Counted from the stretch's first letter, positions 45,806-56,423 are shown. The stretch: DNA of 64,000 nt from Candidatus Omnitrophota bacterium (GCA_014728075.1 WJMG01000075.1:4262-68261), one strand, 5' to 3'. Notes: generated by a model not told the origin, from the sequence alone. Program-made: numbers and translations.

Positions 45806-46660
45806 TTAGATCCATTTCTCCTCTTTTACATCACCGTTTATGCCAACCACTATCTTCTTTACGGGAACTTTCCGCTGCGCTCTCCCAACAGCTTCCTCAG
45901 CTAATGCTAAAAGGCCTCCACAGCAGGGAACTTCCATTATCATAACCGTAAGCGTATTTATAAGCGCCCCATCTATCATTGAAACGAGCTTCTCGAGATA
46001 CACCTCCCGGCCCGTATCGAGCTTGGGACAAGCTATTGCAAGGGCTTTCCCCTTCAGGTAGTTTCCGTGAAAATCACCCAGGGAATAAGCGACACAGTCG
46101 GCCGACAGCACAAGGTCTTTTTTCTTAAGAAAAGGCGCGGCCGCGGGGATAAGGTGCAGCTGGACCGGCCACTGGCCCAGTTCTGAACTTCCGTCCCCTC
46201 TTTTTCCGGATATCGCCGGGGATTTTTTTGAAAGCCGCATTGTCCGGGATCCGGGACACCCCGAAAACTTCTCTTCCGGCCTCTCATTTTTCTGTTCACC
46301 CGTTCCGTCCTCCGGGATCCCGATGCCCTCGCGCCTCAAAAACTCAACAGCCGTCTTCAGGTATCCTTCTTCCCCGTGGGCTCTCAGATGGTCAAGATGC
46401 GCTTTTATGACATTGGCCCCCTGCTTTACGATATTCCGCATCACCTTTTCCTCGTCGTAGGCTTCGGCTTCCCTTTCCTCTACGGTTATAGCGCCCACCG
46501 GACATTTCCCGATACAGGCACCCAGCCCGTCGCAGAAAAGATCGCTTATCAGCCTGGCCTTGCCGTCGATCATCTGTATAGCGCCTTCCGGGCAGTTCGG
46601 TATACATTCGCCGCAGCCGTTACACTTTTTCTCGTTTATTTGTATTATCTTTCTTTTCAT
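45806..46660 (-). CDS. 4Fe-4S dicluster protein
   Basis: CNGCGECIPNCP, CDGLGACIGKCP, GCPG, QWPVQL, ACPKLD, MEVPCC. Confidence 0.9.
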   Translation of the reverse strand: MKRKIIQINEKKCNGCGECIPNCPEGAIQMIDGKARLISDLFCDGLGACIGKCPVGAITVEEREAEAYDEEKVMRNIVKQGANVIKAHLDHLRAHGEEGYLKTAVEFLRREGIGIPEDGTGEQKNERPEEKFSGCPGSRTMRLSKKSPAISGKRGDGSSELGQWPVQLHLIPAAAPFLKKKDLVLSADCVAYSLGDFHGNYLKGKALAIACPKLDTGREVYLEKLVSMIDGALINTLTVMIMEVPCCGGLLALAEEAVGRAQRKVPVKKIVVGINGDVKEEKWI

Positions 46661-47072
46661 GGGTATTCTCCGTGTCTTCCAGAAGATCTCTGACCGTTAT
46701 ATTCCTGAATTCATCTGCCAGTTTCTTTTCTATCTTCTTCAACCTTTTTCTCAGAGGGCAGGTCGAGCGATTCGGACATACTCTCTTCCGGAACATGCAC
46801 TCTGATATCTGTATGTCGCCCTGGTAAAGTTCGATCAGTTCGCTTACTGAAATATCACCGGGCTTCTTTACCAGCCTGACCCCTCCTCCGGCGCCCTCCC
46901 TGGAAACCAGATATCCCTCCCGCACCAGGTCCTGGAGTATCCGCCTGACAAAATGCAAAGGGATATCCTGTCTTTCGGATATTTCTCTTGATGAGACCAC
47001 CGATTCTTTCCGGCCCGCGAGGTATACGATCGCCCTGACGGCGTAATCTGTATTTTTATTCAACAGGTTCAT
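46620..47072 (-). CDS. Rrf2 family transcriptional regulator
   Basis: TDYAVRA, SREGAGGG, C-x6-C-x5-C Fe-S motif. Confidence 0.92.
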   Translation of the reverse strand: MNLLNKNTDYAVRAIVYLAGRKESVVSSREISERQDIPLHFVRRILQDLVREGYLVSREGAGGGVRLVKKPGDISVSELIELYQGDIQISECMFRKRVCPNRSTCPLRKRLKKIEKKLADEFRNITVRDLLEDTENTHEKKDNTNKREKV

Positions 47073-47177
47073 GCGTCCTCCGACGCTTAACTAACACTAG
47101 TTTACTCCTAGTTAAAGGCAAAGTCAAGTCTTTTTTTGATGATTATCCGGTCAAAAAACAGGTATCAGCAGGAAGGC

Positions 47178-47636
47178 CTAAAAGGCGGAGAATAATTGTT
47201 CTTTAACGATGTCCAGAATATCTGATATTCTGGATTTTACTGTTTCGGAGAGATCAAGGTCATATCCCGTGTTCTCGGGCTGTACACCGATCACGGTTAT
47301 CCCGCAGTCGATCCCGAGCTTTTCGGCCAGCGTGAGGGTCTCGAGAAGCGCCATGCCGTGGGTCGAAACACTGTCGGAAAGATCGGCCTTTTTGATATCG
47401 CCCGGGCCGAACACCCGGATATCGCCCGGTTCAAGGTTCATGTCCGCGGCATCGATTATAATGGCCCGGCCTCCCTCGGGAAGGTATTTCAAAAGGTCCA
47501 TACCCGATATATCGGCTCCGTGCAGCTCGACATCGGGAGGGAATTTTTCCTTCTTGAGCTCGTCTATGACGCGCATTCCTATTCCGTCATCGCCCCGCAA
47601 TATGGAACCGACACCGATTATGAGGGTTTTTTTCAT
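47178..47636 (-). CDS. Hydrogenase maturation protease
   Basis: GVGSILRGDDGIG, IIDA, STHG. Confidence 0.92.
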   Translation of the reverse strand: MKKTLIIGVGSILRGDDGIGMRVIDELKKEKFPPDVELHGADISGMDLLKYLPEGGRAIIIDAADMNLEPGDIRVFGPGDIKKADLSDSVSTHGMALLETLTLAEKLGIDCGITVIGVQPENTGYDLDLSETVKSRISDILDIVKEQLFSAF

Positions 47637-47721
47637 AACAACTAAAAGGCACAGGTAAAGGCAGAGGCATAGAAAAAGGTATTATTTCTTTACCTTTACC
47701 TATGCCTCTATCCGAGCTCTC

Positions 47722-49062
47722 TTATACGAACTTTACATCCAGAAGATGGCAGGAGCAGGAAATGCAGGGATCGTAAGCCCTTACCAGCATTTCCGAGAGA
47801 AGCGTTATCTCCTCTTCCGACTTGCCGATGATCTCCGGTATCAGCTTCTTCATATCAAGGTCCACATTGGCAAGGTTCTGGTTCGTTGGTATACAGCAGT
47901 TCGCTTCGGTAACCACGGCTTTTTCGTCGGCCGTGTAGTCGTGGATAAGAAGGCCCCTCGGCACTTCCACGGCGCCTACTCCCCTTCCCTTCTTCACTTT
48001 GAAAGAAGGCCATTCGTCCCTGGTGGGCCAGGATGTCACAACATCATCGTAATCCACCCCGTTCTCCAGGAAATGGTCTATTATCCTTATCGCGTCGTAA
48101 GTACAATGCGCTATCTCGACCACCTGGGCTACGGTGTTCATGAACGGGTTGTAACAGGGAGCCTTCAAGCCCAGCTCTTCCGCGACGGCCTTGGCCTCGT
48201 CGTTAAGCTGTCCGCTGTTTATATTGAACCTCGCGAGGGCACCCACCATGTAGGAGTCCCGCTTGTTACGCGAATGCTTGGCCGTTGAATGGGCGGCATG
48301 GTACTCGTGGACTATTTCCATATAGTCCCCGGGCTTTACCGTGCCCGAAATATCGCTCGTCGTAAGTTCCCCTTCGTAGAACGCGTATTCGTCGGGATGC
48401 GTTAACGCCACATATTCCGTCTCCCTTTCGAAGTCGGGAAGCTTCACGGATTTGAATATCTCGACTGTCTCTTTCAGGTCGTCAAGCTGCCCGGTGAAGA
48501 TCTCCTTCATCTTTTCCAGTTCTTTTTTCGAAGGCAGCTTGGTCCACCCCCTCGGGCATACGCTGATAGGATGGGTATGCCTTCCGGCCATTATATCGCA
48601 CATGTCACTGTACTGGCGTTTCATACGAAGAGCCCTAAGCACCACATCTTTATGGGTCTTTATGAGAGGGACCACGCTCGGAGCCCCGAGCGCGTCCGGA
48701 GCCACCAGAAAATACGCGTGAAGAAGATGGCTGTCAAGGGTCTCGAGGTGAAGTATCAGCTTCCTGAAAAGTTTGGTCTGCTCGCTCACCTCGTAGCCCA
48801 TGGCCCCTTCCGCGGCCTGCACCGAGGCCATGCAATGGCCCGTCGAACAGATACCGCATATCCTGGAAGTTATATGCTGGACCTCAAAAAGGGACCTTCC
48901 TCTTACCATGGCCTCGAAAAAGCGGGGCGCCTCGACTATTTCCAACTGGCACTTTTCCAGCTTCCCCTCTTTCACATTGACCACGATGTTCCCGTGGCCC
49001 TCCACCCTGGTTATATACTCGACATTTATGTTCAGGTCTTTTTTGGCAAGTTCTCCGCTCAT
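47722..49062 (-). CDS. hydA: Group 3b [NiFe]-hydrogenase large (alpha) subunit
   Basis: RVEGHG, RICGIC, EVPRG, YDPCISCSCH + cleavable tail. Confidence 0.93.
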   Translation of the reverse strand: MSGELAKKDLNINVEYITRVEGHGNIVVNVKEGKLEKCQLEIVEAPRFFEAMVRGRSLFEVQHITSRICGICSTGHCMASVQAAEGAMGYEVSEQTKLFRKLILHLETLDSHLLHAYFLVAPDALGAPSVVPLIKTHKDVVLRALRMKRQYSDMCDIMAGRHTHPISVCPRGWTKLPSKKELEKMKEIFTGQLDDLKETVEIFKSVKLPDFERETEYVALTHPDEYAFYEGELTTSDISGTVKPGDYMEIVHEYHAAHSTAKHSRNKRDSYMVGALARFNINSGQLNDEAKAVAEELGLKAPCYNPFMNTVAQVVEIAHCTYDAIRIIDHFLENGVDYDDVVTSWPTRDEWPSFKVKKGRGVGAVEVPRGLLIHDYTADEKAVVTEANCCIPTNQNLANVDLDMKKLIPEIIGKSEEEITLLSEMLVRAYDPCISCSCHLLDVKFV

Positions 49063-49829
49063 TTCTTCTCAGCCTCCTTTTCGGCGTCCATCCTGCACCT
49101 GTTGTAGAGATCGAACTTTTCGGTGATATCGTCTATAGTGTACCCGTACTTCTCGAGAAGCTCGGTCTGTCCCTGCTCGGCGGGATCATCGAGCAATCCC
49201 CGGCAGGAATAACAGGTATTCCCCCAGCTCGGGCACCAAGCGCCGCATCCGGCCCGGGTCACCGGCCCCATGCATACCTGCCCTTTCTCGAAAAGACAGA
49301 CATTCTCCTTGAGCTTACACTCGACGCATACCGGATAATCCGGCGGGGTATATCCCTTGCCGAGAAGGATGCTCTTGACGGCCTTAATGGTCTCGTCGTT
49401 ATTGCTGGGGCAACCGTGTATGAAATGATCCACCTTCACCACTTCGTGGACAGGCCTCGGCCAGCCCGCCTCCAGATGGGAATCTCTTCCCTTGTAAACG
49501 ATCTCTTTAGCTTCTTCGTCGGAAAAACGCCTCCTCAGGCCGTTAACTCCCCCGAGCGAGGCGCACGATCCGTAGGCAATTACTATCTTGGCGTTCTCCC
49601 GTATCTTCCTGACCCTTTCCTCGTCGTGTTTCCGCGTGATCGAGCCTTCCACAAAAGCTATATCGTATTCGTCGCTGCGCTCTGACATCGCTTCCCGGAA
49701 ACTCACTATTTCGCAGTGCTCGAGGAGGCCCAGAAAATTCTCGTTAAGATATGTCAGCTGCAGCTGACATCCTTCGCAGTCCGCGAAATCAAAAAACGCT
49801 ATGCGCACTTTCTTTTTATCTTCGCTCAT
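49059..49829 (-). CDS. hydD: Group 3b hydrogenase small (delta) subunit
   Basis: CEGCQ, VEGSI, GSCA, GCP, VCVECK, CMGPVTRAGC. Confidence 0.92.
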   Translation of the reverse strand: MSEDKKKVRIAFFDFADCEGCQLQLTYLNENFLGLLEHCEIVSFREAMSERSDEYDIAFVEGSITRKHDEERVRKIRENAKIVIAYGSCASLGGVNGLRRRFSDEEAKEIVYKGRDSHLEAGWPRPVHEVVKVDHFIHGCPSNNDETIKAVKSILLGKGYTPPDYPVCVECKLKENVCLFEKGQVCMGPVTRAGCGAWCPSWGNTCYSCRGLLDDPAEQGQTELLEKYGYTIDDITEKFDLYNRCRMDAEKEAEKK

Positions 49830-50686
49830 AATGCCTCCTCCAATCCTTTTATCTCGTCATAAGTAAATGTAGGCCCGTCCTGGCAGACATAATTGTCGTT
49901 TATCTGGCAGTGCCCGCATTTCCCGAGTCCGCACTTCATCCTTCTCTCCAGCGAAAGTACTATGTGCTTCTCGGCGAGGTCCTTTTTAAGAAGCTCCGCC
50001 ACGACGAATTTGTACATGATCGGAGGCCCTACCACTACCGCGTAGGTCCTGTTGACATCAAGGTCCACGCCCGGTATGAGGGTGGTAATTACCCCTACAT
50101 TGCCCTTCCAGTCGGGAGCGGCCTTGTCCACCGTACACGCGTAATTTATATCGGCCATCTTCTCCCATTCGGCTATCTCGTCCGTAAAAAGCCGGTCTTT
50201 GGGCTCTTTACAGCCCAGGAGTATATTGACATCTCCGAAATCCCTTCTGCGGTCTATGACGAAGTTTATCAAACTCCTCAAAGGTACCAGGCCTATGCCC
50301 CCGGCCACGAAAAGAAGGTCGTTACCTTTAAGGTCATCCACCGGAAAAGGCCTTCCGAAGGGACCTCTTACTCCTATCTTGTCGCCTTCCCCTAGTTTAT
50401 GCATCTGCTCGGTAAAAGTGCCTACCTTTCTCACCACCACCTCGAAAGTGCTTTTGTCCTCTTTCGTGGGAGAGGAGGACACCGATATGGGCGCCTCTCC
50501 GATACCGAACAGGGAGAACTGCACGAACTGGCCCGGCATGTGGCCCAGCTCCTTCCCGCCTTCCAGCCTGATCTCGAAGAACTTCTCGTTCTCGGTCATC
50601 TGACACGCCTTCACTATAGTCCCCTCAACGGGAGAATACAGCGGGTCTATTGTAATGACTTTTTTATTTTCGCTGCAATTACACAT
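49826..50686 (-). CDS. hydG: Group 3b hydrogenase gamma (FAD/NAD(P)) subunit
   Basis: GEAPIS, GPFG, GGIGLVPL, MKCGLGKCGHC. Confidence 0.92.
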   Translation of the reverse strand: MCNCSENKKVITIDPLYSPVEGTIVKACQMTENEKFFEIRLEGGKELGHMPGQFVQFSLFGIGEAPISVSSSPTKEDKSTFEVVVRKVGTFTEQMHKLGEGDKIGVRGPFGRPFPVDDLKGNDLLFVAGGIGLVPLRSLINFVIDRRRDFGDVNILLGCKEPKDRLFTDEIAEWEKMADINYACTVDKAAPDWKGNVGVITTLIPGVDLDVNRTYAVVVGPPIMYKFVVAELLKKDLAEKHIVLSLERRMKCGLGKCGHCQINDNYVCQDGPTFTYDEIKGLEEAL

Positions 50687-51722
50687 CCTGTTCTCCTTTT
50701 GCTAGGTCGTTAACGGTTTCTATCAGACTTATTTTGGCCATACAGGTCCTGGTGCACCGGCCGCATCCCGTGCAGAAGAACTTATCGTGTTTTCTTACGG
50801 GGTAATCGAATTTCCTGTAGTAACGATGTCTCTGACGGGAGGATCTTTCTTCGCGGAAGTTCTCGCCGCCGGCGACCTCCGCGAACTCGTTAAGCTGACA
50901 GGAATCCCATACACGGCCCCTCTCTCCGCCGGACATGTCGAGTTTGACATCGTCGTAGACATCGAAACAGTAACAGGTAGGGCAAACGGCCGTACAGTTG
51001 CCGCAGGACACGCAGCGCCTGCCCACATCGTCCCATACACCGGTATTGTTGTAGGACTTCTCGAAAAGCGGCTGAAGCTCCTTATACCCGGGATTGAGGG
51101 CCCTTTTGAACTTAGGCAGTTTCTTCTCCCGAAGGTCTTTGAGCTCTTTTTTTATCGCGTCCTGGTCAGCTTCTTTAAATATATTCCCGGAACCGATTAT
51201 CGCGTCGCCTTGTTTTGAATTTACATGAAGTATGTATTTATCCCCGGCATCCGTCATCATTATATCGTAGCCCGCCTTAGGAACATGGGTGTCCATGGTC
51301 ACGCAGGTGGCGTACTCGTCGCACGGGAACATGCATTCGTAGCCTATTATCGTTACATTCTTTCTTCTCTTCTTGTAATAGGGGTCGGCCGGATCTTTAT
51401 GGAAGACCACATCCAGGCACTCCAGTCCGTCTATGTCGCAGGTATGCATACCGAAGATCACCGTGGGTTCCATCTCTATGGAAGTGTCCTTCATCGATAC
51501 TTCTCCCATGTCGAATTTTCCCAGGGACTCTTTTTGAGGCATGATATATTTTTTCGGGGGAATGATCGTGGGTATGTACTCAAGGGACATATCTTCGCCC
51601 CCGGAAATATCGGCGAAAACAAAAAGGTTCTCTTTTTTCACCGGGGCGACGACCCTGTGCTTCTCCTTGAGGAGGTCTATGAATTTGCCCAGGTCGTCCT
51701 TTGCCAGGTAAACATATCTCAT
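50679..51722 (-). CDS. hydB: Group 3b hydrogenase beta (Fe-S) subunit
   Basis: CVSCGNCTAVCPTCYC, WDSC, CTGCGRC. Confidence 0.92.
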   Translation of the reverse strand: MRYVYLAKDDLGKFIDLLKEKHRVVAPVKKENLFVFADISGGEDMSLEYIPTIIPPKKYIMPQKESLGKFDMGEVSMKDTSIEMEPTVIFGMHTCDIDGLECLDVVFHKDPADPYYKKRRKNVTIIGYECMFPCDEYATCVTMDTHVPKAGYDIMMTDAGDKYILHVNSKQGDAIIGSGNIFKEADQDAIKKELKDLREKKLPKFKRALNPGYKELQPLFEKSYNNTGVWDDVGRRCVSCGNCTAVCPTCYCFDVYDDVKLDMSGGERGRVWDSCQLNEFAEVAGGENFREERSSRQRHRYYRKFDYPVRKHDKFFCTGCGRCTRTCMAKISLIETVNDLAKGEQDV

Positions 51723-52390
51723 GCGTTTTTCTCCTTTTTGATTTTTATCTCATCCTTGATCCAGTCAATAAAACCGTCTATGCCATCTCCTGTCCTGCAG
51801 GATATCTCGAGTATTTTTATCCCGGGATTGACCTTTTTTATACTTTCCCTGCAGTATTGCGCGTCAAAATCCAGATAAGGCAGCAGGTCCGTCTTGTTTA
51901 TTATGGCCAACTTTCCCTCTTCTATGAGAAGAGGATATTTGGAAGGCTTGTCGTGACCTTCCGCGGTACTTAGAAACGCTATCTTCATATCCTCCCCGAG
52001 ATCGAACTCGGCCGGACATACGAGGTTACCGACATTCTCCACTACGATAAGGTCGGTGCCTGCAAGGTCGATCCCCTTCATCGCGCTGTCTATGAGCTGG
52101 GCATCGATGTGGCACGCGTTACCGGTGTTTATCTGAACTACCGGAAGCCCCAGGGCATCCATTCTTTCGGCGTCCCTGGAAGTAAAACAATCCCCTGTAA
52201 GAACGACGAAGGCTATCCCCTCTTCCCGAAGAAGAGGCCCTGTTCTCTCCAGAAACGCGGTCTTACCCGCGCCGGGGGAAGATATTATATTTATCATAAG
52301 GGTGCCTTGCGCGTCAAGGCGTTTCCTTATGCTTTGCGCTACATCGTCGTTCGCTCTCAGGATATTCTCTTTTATCACCTTAAACGCCAT
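51719..52390 (-). CDS. hypB: Hydrogenase nickel incorporation GTPase
   Basis: SPGAGKT, ACHID, ENVGNLVCPAEFDLG, NKTDL. Confidence 0.96.
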   Translation of the reverse strand: MAFKVIKENILRANDDVAQSIRKRLDAQGTLMINIISSPGAGKTAFLERTGPLLREEGIAFVVLTGDCFTSRDAERMDALGLPVVQINTGNACHIDAQLIDSAMKGIDLAGTDLIVVENVGNLVCPAEFDLGEDMKIAFLSTAEGHDKPSKYPLLIEEGKLAIINKTDLLPYLDFDAQYCRESIKKVNPGIKILEISCRTGDGIDGFIDWIKDEIKIKKEKNA

Positions 52391-52411
52391 CTTTTTCCCT
52401 CTCCCGACCGT

Positions 52412-52759
52412 TCACCGATCACTGTACTCTATTTTCGATATCGTGAACTCCTTGCCGGATGTTATTTCTGTATCACTTTTCCCGCAACTCCCGCAGGTGA
52501 AGTCCATCTCTTCAACTTCCCTCTCGGTCGAACAGTTGCGGCATCTGACCTTTAGCGGAAGGACCTTTATCTCAAGTTCGGCCCTTCGGAGCTTCCGGCT
52601 TCTGGGAGTCCCTTTAAAGCCCGTTTCAAGTATCTCCGGCACTATATAATGCATTTTGCCGACCTCGAGGCATATCTTTTTCACATTTCCTATCCCGGGG
52701 TCCTTTACGACCGGCTCCAGCGTTTTCACTATATTTTCTGCAAATTTGATCTCATGCAT
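52412..52759 (-). CDS. hypA: Hydrogenase nickel metallochaperone
   Basis: MHE start, CRNC..CGSC. Confidence 0.93.
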   Translation of the reverse strand: MHEIKFAENIVKTLEPVVKDPGIGNVKKICLEVGKMHYIVPEILETGFKGTPRSRKLRRAELEIKVLPLKVRCRNCSTEREVEEMDFTCGSCGKSDTEITSGKEFTISKIEYSDR

Positions 52760-52840
52760 TATCCTGCTTCCCCCGGCCGAAGAATAGTACAAAGCGTAAA
52801 ATCCTCAGCTCTTTACACTACGCGCCATTTTCTTGCTTTA

Positions 52841-53845
52841 CTAACAGATCCTCGGCAGCTGTTCGCCCGTTAACATATCGATTATCCTGGCGACCCCGTA
52901 TTTTGTCCTGACACAGACCTTTCCCGGGTTTTCGCCGGTAACTTCGCCGATCACGGCCGCCTCGCGCCCGTATTCGCAGGATCTAAGGGCCGCCAGGACT
53001 TCCTTCCCGGCCGCCGGGTCTACCATCATCACCGCTTTTCCTTCGTTGGCCATATAAAGCGGATCAAGCCCCAGAAGTTCGCACCCCCCTCTTACCGCGT
53101 CCGATACAGGTATACTCGCCTCTTCCAGCGTTATCCCCAGCGCGGTCCCCCGGACAGCTTCGTTAAGTGTCGTGGCCAGGCCGCCTCGCGTAGGATCACG
53201 CATAAAATCCACACCGGGAACATCACGAACAAGGGCTCCCAGCATTCCGTTAAGCGGAGCGCAATCGCTCTCGAGAGGGGTATCGAATTCCAGCCCTTTG
53301 CGTTTACTGAGAACGGCAAGCCCGTGATCCCCGAGAGTTCCCGTGACGATCACCTTATGGCCGGCCCTGATCTTCCCGGCCGAAGGCCTGGACTCCGAGG
53401 TAAAGACCCCTATACCCGAAGTATTTATGAACAAGCCGTCAGCTTCTCCCCTCCCCACGACTTTAGTATCCCCGGCTACTATTTTAACCCCGGCCTCGTT
53501 CGCGGCGGAGGCCATTGAAACAACTATTCTCTCAAGCTCTTCAAGTGAAAAACCTTCCTCAATTATGAACCCGCAGCTTATGTACCTGGCTTCCGCTCCC
53601 TGAACGGCGAGATCGTTCACCGTACCGCATATCGCGAGCTTGCCTATATCTCCTCCCGGAAAGAACACCGGCTTTATGACGAACGAATCTGTCGTAAAAG
53701 CTATTTCCCCGCTTTCGACAGCTACAACGGCCGAATCCTCCGTCCTCTCCAGGACCTCGTTGCCCAGTTCCCTGAAGAAAAGGCCCTTTATAAGCTCGTA
53801 TGTCTTTTTCCCGCCCGATCCGTGGGCAAGCGTTATTCGTTCCAT
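52841..53845 (-). CDS. hypE: Hydrogenase maturation carbamoyl dehydratase
   Basis: HGSGG, DPTRGG, ANEG, C-terminal PRIC. Confidence 0.97.
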   Translation of the reverse strand: MERITLAHGSGGKKTYELIKGLFFRELGNEVLERTEDSAVVAVESGEIAFTTDSFVIKPVFFPGGDIGKLAICGTVNDLAVQGAEARYISCGFIIEEGFSLEELERIVVSMASAANEAGVKIVAGDTKVVGRGEADGLFINTSGIGVFTSESRPSAGKIRAGHKVIVTGTLGDHGLAVLSKRKGLEFDTPLESDCAPLNGMLGALVRDVPGVDFMRDPTRGGLATTLNEAVRGTALGITLEEASIPVSDAVRGGCELLGLDPLYMANEGKAVMMVDPAAGKEVLAALRSCEYGREAAVIGEVTGENPGKVCVRTKYGVARIIDMLTGEQLPRIC

Positions 53846-53974
53846 CGTATTCCTTCGGAATAAAGTTACAATTTACAGACTACAAGGAAAAAGCAGACCA
53901 TCAAATTAAAATAACTATCCCGAAAAAAGCATCTATTTCTTTTTCCTTTTTCCTTGTAACTTTTTCCTTTTAGT

Positions 53975-55060
53975 CTAATTTCCGTATTTATACCATGCGG
54001 CGCAGGCGCCTTCGCTTGAGACCATGCAGGCGCCTTTTGGACCTTCCGGAATACAGGCCTTCCCGAAAAGAGGACAATCCGACGGGTCCTTAGCTCCTCT
54101 TAATATGTCCCCGCAAATACATCCGGGGAATTCCGCCGACGGCGGAACATCCACCTTGAACCTTACCCCGGCGTCAAGACCGGAATATTCTTTTCTGAGC
54201 TTCAGCCCGCTGTCAGGGATCATTCCCAGCCCTCTCCACTCAGCGTCACAGGGCTCAAAAACCCGGTCTATTATCGCGCAGGCCTTTCTGTTCCCTTCTT
54301 CCCTGACGGCGCGCCGGTAAGCATTTACCAGGCGCGGCCGGCCTTCTTCATGGGACTCTACCAGAAAATATATCGCGGAAAGCACATCGGCCGGCTCGAA
54401 CCCGGACACACAGCAAGAAACGCCGAGATCGTTCACTATCGGCCTGTATATCCCGGTGCCCGTTATCGTACTTACATGCCCCGGACAGATAAGGGCGTCT
54501 ATCCTGGAATCCTCGCCGGAAAGAACGGCCTTAAGCGCGGCGGGCATTGTCTTGTTCAACGAAAGAACGAAAAAATTATCGATATTCTCCTTTTTCGCCT
54601 GCAATACCGCGGCGGCGGCGGTAGGAGCTGTCGTCTCGAACCCTATACTCAGGAAAATAAAATCCTTATCCTTCTCTTCGGCCGCAAAAGACAGGGCGTC
54701 GTGCACCGAGTAGACCGTTCTTACATCCGCTCCCCCGGCCCGCGCCTTTTCCAGGCTGCTCCGGGAACCGGGCACACTGAACATATCCCCGAAAGTGCAG
54801 AGAACGGTGTTCCCGCATTCTGAAAGAGCTATGGCTCTGTCCATGTCCGAAATGGAAGTAACGCAAACGGGGCATCCCGGCCCGGATATCAGATTGATAT
54901 TATCACCGACAAGTTCATGAATACCATGCTTCCTTATGGACATGGTATGCCCTCCGCAGACTTCCATTATGTTCAGCTGTTTCGAGGAGAGTCCCTTTAT
55001 CCTGGAGGAAATTTCCCCGACGAGCCCGGCGTCCCTGTACTCATCAAGATATTTAAGCAT
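53975..55060 (-). CDS. hypD: Hydrogenase maturation protein
   Basis: CGGHT, GPGCPVC, GFETT, PGHVS, CMVSSEGAC. Confidence 0.97.
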   Translation of the reverse strand: MLKYLDEYRDAGLVGEISSRIKGLSSKQLNIMEVCGGHTMSIRKHGIHELVGDNINLISGPGCPVCVTSISDMDRAIALSECGNTVLCTFGDMFSVPGSRSSLEKARAGGADVRTVYSVHDALSFAAEEKDKDFIFLSIGFETTAPTAAAAVLQAKKENIDNFFVLSLNKTMPAALKAVLSGEDSRIDALICPGHVSTITGTGIYRPIVNDLGVSCCVSGFEPADVLSAIYFLVESHEEGRPRLVNAYRRAVREEGNRKACAIIDRVFEPCDAEWRGLGMIPDSGLKLRKEYSGLDAGVRFKVDVPPSAEFPGCICGDILRGAKDPSDCPLFGKACIPEGPKGACMVSSEGACAAWYKYGN

Positions 55061-55274
55061 CCCGACCGCCCTTTTTGAAAAAATCCAGGGTGAACTTCGC
55101 TCTTTCCTCGTCGACTTTCTGTATGGCGTATCCGGCATGGACCAGAACATACTCTCCCGGGGCCGGGTCATCTATAAGGTCCGTTGAAACGGGCCTTTTT
55201 ATCCCCGACAGTTCAATAACCGCGGTATTATCGTTCCTGACCTCAAGAATTTTACCGGGGACGCTCCAACACAT
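55053..55274 (-). CDS. hypC: Hydrogenase maturation chaperone
   Basis: MCWSVPG N-terminus, VLVHAGYAI. Confidence 0.95.
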   Translation of the reverse strand: MCWSVPGKILEVRNDNTAVIELSGIKRPVSTDLIDDPAPGEYVLVHAGYAIQKVDEERAKFTLDFFKKGGRDA

Positions 55275-55340
55275 ATATCGATCTCCTGTCACCTTATTTT
55301 ATTTCGCGTACCGCTGCACGAGGCTCCCGTCACGCATCAG

Positions 55341-56423
55341 TTACATACTCGCGGCTATCACTGCCTGGCCTACGGATATCCCGAGATCGGTCGGAGAGTA
55401 TCTTTTATGAGTAAAAAGCTCCAGGCCCGATCCTTCAAATCTTTTTTTTACATATTCCAGCAGGTATTTGTTCTGGAAACATCCTCCGGAAACAACTACT
55501 TTCCGGACCCCTGTCCTTCGCGATATCCCTTCAGAAACCCGGTAAACGATCTCTCCCATCGTATTGTGAAAACGGGCGCTCACCTCTCCCGGAGACAGGC
55601 CCCTTTCCAGGTCGCGGGAGATCTCCCGGACCATGGGAAAAACATCGATCTCGTTACCGGACAGATCATAGTTATATGATCCTTCGATGCCCGGAAAGGC
55701 CGCTTTTTCAAGTTCAATGGCGGCTTCCGCCTCATAGGAGGAAGAATCGCGTATACCCGCTATGGATGACACCGCGTCAAAAAGGCGCCCGGCACTGGAA
55801 GTAAGGGGACAATTAATATCTTTATCTATCATTTCCCTTATAAAGGAAACCTTTTCCGGGCCTATCCTGTCAAAAAGAGGCGTCCTGATCCGGGCCATAT
55901 CACTGCCATATGCTTTAACGAGATAGGAGACCGCCATCCTCCATCCTTGCCGGGCGGCTATATCCCCTCCCGGCTGGGGCACATATTTAAAATGATATTC
56001 CCTGCTGAAATCTTTTCTGTCGCAAACGAGAAATTCCCCGCCCCATGCCCTTTCGTCCGTCCCGTAACCTGTACCGTCGAAAGAGACCCCTACTACTTTT
56101 TCCTCAAGACCGTTATCTTCCATGCAGGAAACCACATGAGCGAAATGATGCTGCACCTTAACGAGCCTTGCTCCTTCGATCTCGCCCCGGAAAGATTCCG
56201 CCAGGCGGGTTGAACCGTAATCCGGATGCAGATCACAGACCAGGCATAAAGGTCCTTTCCGGTCAGCGGGAAGGTGTTCTCTTATACCGGCCTCATAATC
56301 CTTAAGGACCCTTATGTCAGCAAGGTCTTCCAAAGGGGCGCTGACATAAAACTTTTTACCGTCCCTGACCGCGAAAGATGTTTTGTTCTGTGCTCCCAAA
56401 GCTATTATCTTCTTCATCTCCAT
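55341..56423 (-). CDS. hypF: N-terminally truncated carbamoyltransferase (Kae1-like domain only)
   Basis: DLHPDY, QHHFAH, FDGTGYG, WGGEF, SSAGRLFD, SGGCFQN; only 360 aa. Confidence 0.88.
   Translation of the reverse strand: MEMKKIIALGAQNKTSFAVRDGKKFYVSAPLEDLADIRVLKDYEAGIREHLPADRKGPLCLVCDLHPDYGSTRLAESFRGEIEGARLVKVQHHFAHVVSCMEDNGLEEKVVGVSFDGTGYGTDERAWGGEFLVCDRKDFSREYHFKYVPQPGGDIAARQGWRMAVSYLVKAYGSDMARIRTPLFDRIGPEKVSFIREMIDKDINCPLTSSAGRLFDAVSSIAGIRDSSSYEAEAAIELEKAAFPGIEGSYNYDLSGNEIDVFPMVREISRDLERGLSPGEVSARFHNTMGEIVYRVSEGISRRTGVRKVVVSGGCFQNKYLLEYVKKRFEGSGLELFTHKRYSPTDLGISVGQAVIAASM

Noticed and set aside
47722-49062. [NiFeSe] hydrogenase
   Set aside because: Both L2 ligands are Cys (DPCISC); no in-frame TGA
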